Positions 61,151 to 64,000 of a stretch of 64,000 nucleotides of DNA are shown one piece after another. Source of the stretch: Chiloscyllium plagiosum (Eukaryota); the NCBI RefSeq assembly GCF_004010195.1, contig NC_057742.1, positions 4,582,478-4,646,477 on the forward strand. Reading direction: 5' to 3'. A program made the translations under genes and the position numbers. The notes under the pieces are model-generated. The model was not told the origin of the DNA. It saw only the letters and a list, made by a program, of their open reading frames with translations, and did not search any database. Numbering within the stretch: the stretch's first letter is position 1; every line of letters begins with the position of its first letter.

Positions 61151-62429
61151 AAAGGGAGGTTAGCATTTCATAAAATACTGAGTGTGCAGACATAACCTGA
61201 ACCGAATTCTGCCATTCTCCTCTTGGGAAGTTCTGTAGTACCTACAAGTGAGTGGGTGATGCTGTAAAGGAAAGTGCACAACAAGATCCCACAAATAGCA
61301 ATGAAATAGACAATCAGCTAATCGGGAAATGGATGGGATCTGAGGGCTGTTTGCTGAGATGGGGGGGAGGGGGAGCTGTTTGCTGGAGGTGGGGTGGAGG
61401 GCCCTGTTTGTTTGTGAAAGGAGGGGATGGGGAAACTGCTGGTTGATGGATGCACATGCTGCACTGTATTCACTTTGGACTGAGTTCCTTCTCGTGCTTT
61501 TATAAGTGACCCCTACAAATGCCTCCAGCAGAGTTTTATACTTGTTAGTATTTGTGTCTGTTGAACTGGACAGATTGCTGTCAGTGTGTGTGTCCAATTA
61601 GTACAATTGCCAGCAGCATTTATGCTCTGATTCCATTACTCCTAGATCACTGCTGTGGTCTCGGAATGAGCATTGAGGTGCCCAGCAGCCTAGGCTGACC
61701 GAGTCACAGCGATAGGGTGTCCAGAGGGTGAATCATGACAGCGCCATGTCAGTGAGACTCTGGGGGCACTGCCTGGGCTGCGCCAGTTTACTCTATCGAT
61801 TACATTGTTGGTTGTTTTTAAACTTTGCTGCACCAGATGTTCATTATTCCCTCCCAAATTCAACGGCAAAAGATTCTCTAGAATCTGCTCTGACAAAAGG
61901 TACAGAGGCAGGAGGATTGTTCTTGGGCTGAGAGCCAGGGAGTCTCGTGCTCTTCCTGAAGGGTCACCGATCAGAAGTGGCAGCACTGGCTGTGTAACTG
62001 AGTGAACTTTGAACCTGCCAGGGAGGTTTGTGTTACTGCAGACTGCAAAGTGTTCAGGTTCATGCTTCCCTATGAGGGAGAACAGTCGGGGGGAAGGGGG
62101 GGGGGGATGCGGGGGTGGTGAGGAATGGGTCAGTTGCTGAATGTGGTGCTAAATCAGATGGCCATTCAGCGGTAGGTTTTAGGCCCATGGGAATTTGGTT
62201 CTGTTGCAAACTGTTTATTTATTCTGAGACACGGAATCCATGTACAAGCTTTGAAATGAGACAGTGTGAATATTTAAAAGCGTTGGTGACCAACAAGATG
62301 CTGGCCTCTGAATCTGGAGGAGTTTGACCGTTTTACTGAGGGTGGGTGAATGTTTCTGGATTCACCAGTCTCGCTGTGTTTCTGTCAGGTTCTTCAGCCA
62401 CTTGTCTGATGTTTCTGTTCTTTTTGTAG

Positions 62430-62494
62430 CAAGCCCAGGCTGACGCGGACACAAAGTGCCTTCACTCCAGTGTCATTAGCATCACCTTTTACAG
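62430..62494 (+). CDS. SOCS7: SOCS7 (suppressor of cytokine signaling 7), internal 65-nt coding exon (probably exon 2)
   Basis: Polypyrimidine acceptor ttctgttctttttgtag|C and donor ACAG|gtaaga. Translation (x)KPRLTRTQSAFTPVSLASPFT(G) matches the recalled SOCS7 segment RKPKLTRTQSAFSPVSFSPLFTG. SOCS7 is the divergent neighbour of GPR179 in human. Confidence 0.88.
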
Positions 62495-63699
62495 GTAAGA
62501 GATTTTTAATGCGCGTTGACTGACTCCTCTCTTGCACTTTCTTCACCTCTTTGTCCACTGCCTTTTCTTGCTCCACCATTTTCTCCTCCTATTCTACTCT
62601 CTTTCCTCCTCCTCCTCGTTCTTGTCAATATTCCAAGCTGAGAGAGGCAGTACTGCCCAGGCAGAGACCTGACATACCTTCTACTCCCGTAGAAACTTTG
62701 ATTTGCTTCATCCTGAATAAATTTATTTAGAGTAACCATCCCAGAGACTGGGACCGTACCCAGTTCTGAGTGAATCACTTCCCCAGTTTGTGCAGTGAGA
62801 ATATACTGATTCTGATGATTGTACAGGGCTGTGCACGTCATGGAGTGGGGAAGAGAGGGGAGATAAAGATCCGGGCAGTAACACACTAAACGTTTCAGAA
62901 GATCCAGTGGTGGGCAGCAATTCAAAATGTATGGAGAGAAGAAAAACCTATATTTAGTAAGCATCTTTCACAGCATCCATAAGTACTCTTTGATCGATGA
63001 GAACTCCTGTAATATAGGAAACGCAACCGGGTATTGTGTGCAGCAATGTGATAATGCCCACGGTTGAGGCATAAATGTTTTTCTAGGGTACTTGGGCACA
63101 CAAGCGCACGCACCTATCCTTATCCCTGAGGATATGGCAGGCAAGCTTGCGAACATCTTTTGGGGGGGGGGGGGGAAGCCCCTTTTCTTAATTTTTAAAA
63201 AAAACTTCTCGTGTGCCAAGAAATCTCTGCCCTTTAAGCCCTCACTGCTTTTTGTGATCAGTTATTTGCTTTAATTATCCTCTTCCTTCAAACTCCTCAG
63301 TTTTAATTTGATGATTGCTGGTAAGTTGTAACACCCTATAATTGCTCTTTGAAATAAGGAAACTGGGAACCTTGAATCTTATTTTATGTCTAGACTTAAT
63401 TGTTCTAATACCTCTGGCACCTTGCAGTTTCTATGAACTTAATCTCTTCAAACTTTTGGTGGATGTTTCCTAACTTGAAGTAAACTTAGTCCACCCGTCT
63501 CCCCTGTGTTCACGTCAGTTTCTGATCTAATTTTTAAAAATCTTCTCCTTGTTCGAGTTCCTTCCCTAGCCTTGTCTCTCCCCACCTCTGTAATGTTTTC
63601 CTGCCTTAAAATGTTCTGTAATTGCTTTTATCATGTACTTCCATTTTTATTTCCACTCCTCTACCTCTACGTCTGAATCCTCCTTTTGGATCTAATTAT

Positions 63700-64000
63700 A
63701 TAGGGCAGTGGTGAGACCACATTGCAAACACTGCACCACTTTGGCCTCTTTACTTAAGGAAGGATGTAAATGTCTTGTTTCTGGGAGTTTTACTAGATTG
63801 ATATCTGGAATGAGCAGATTGCCTTTGGAGATAACTGTTGGGCAGGCAGGATTTGTTTCCAACAGAGTTTAGATAACTGAGGGGTGATTTGTTCAAATGT
63901 ATATGATTGTGAATGCTGTTGATAATGTGAATGTAGAAAGGATGTTTCTGTTGTGGGTTGGTCTAGAAGTCAGGATGTCATTTTAGGGCAGTGATGAGAG
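63700..64000 (+). mobile_element. Degraded CR1-like LINE 3' fragment (runs to the window end)
   Basis: tatagggcagtggtgagaccaca (Y.AVVRPH), actgaggggtgatttgttcaaatgtat (LRGDL). Confidence 0.7.

Noticed and set aside
62506-63219. Two in-frame minus-strand ORFs separated by one TGA (possible selenoprotein, readthrough or endogenous viral gene)
   Set aside because: No recognisable protein motif and no SECIS evident; it lies antisense in the SOCS7 intron and is partly low complexity. Likely chance.

Overview
Eukaryotic, repeat-dense vertebrate genomic DNA. The repeat families (HE1/V-SINE, HER1/CR1 LINE, DeuSINE-like, Penelope-like) point to a cartilaginous fish, probably a shark. Only two host coding exons are recognisable: the large first coding exon of GPR179 (minus strand, ATG 11407 to splice donor after 10635) and a 65-nt internal exon of SOCS7 (plus strand, 62430-62494), which the ORF track misses. 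The two genes are divergent, as in human. SOCS7 exon 1 is not visible and may lie in the 500-N assembly gap (44383-44882). Most of the rest is transposable-element debris: CR1/HER1 LINE fragments, several SINE families, Penelope-like GIY-YIG elements, TA-flanked MITEs, a Gypsy remnant with integrase upstream of RT (Gmr1-like) and a probable solo LTR. The most interesting non-coding signals are (i) minimal hammerhead-ribozyme motifs in Penelope-derived ends, including a ~200-bp palindromic non-autonomous element, and (ii) a ~540-bp-arm local inverted duplication of a decayed LINE about 1.5 kb upstream of the SOCS7 exon. I found no convincing wholly new biological system. Repeat boundaries were read by eye and are approximate; family names come from recalled consensus features, not from a database search.
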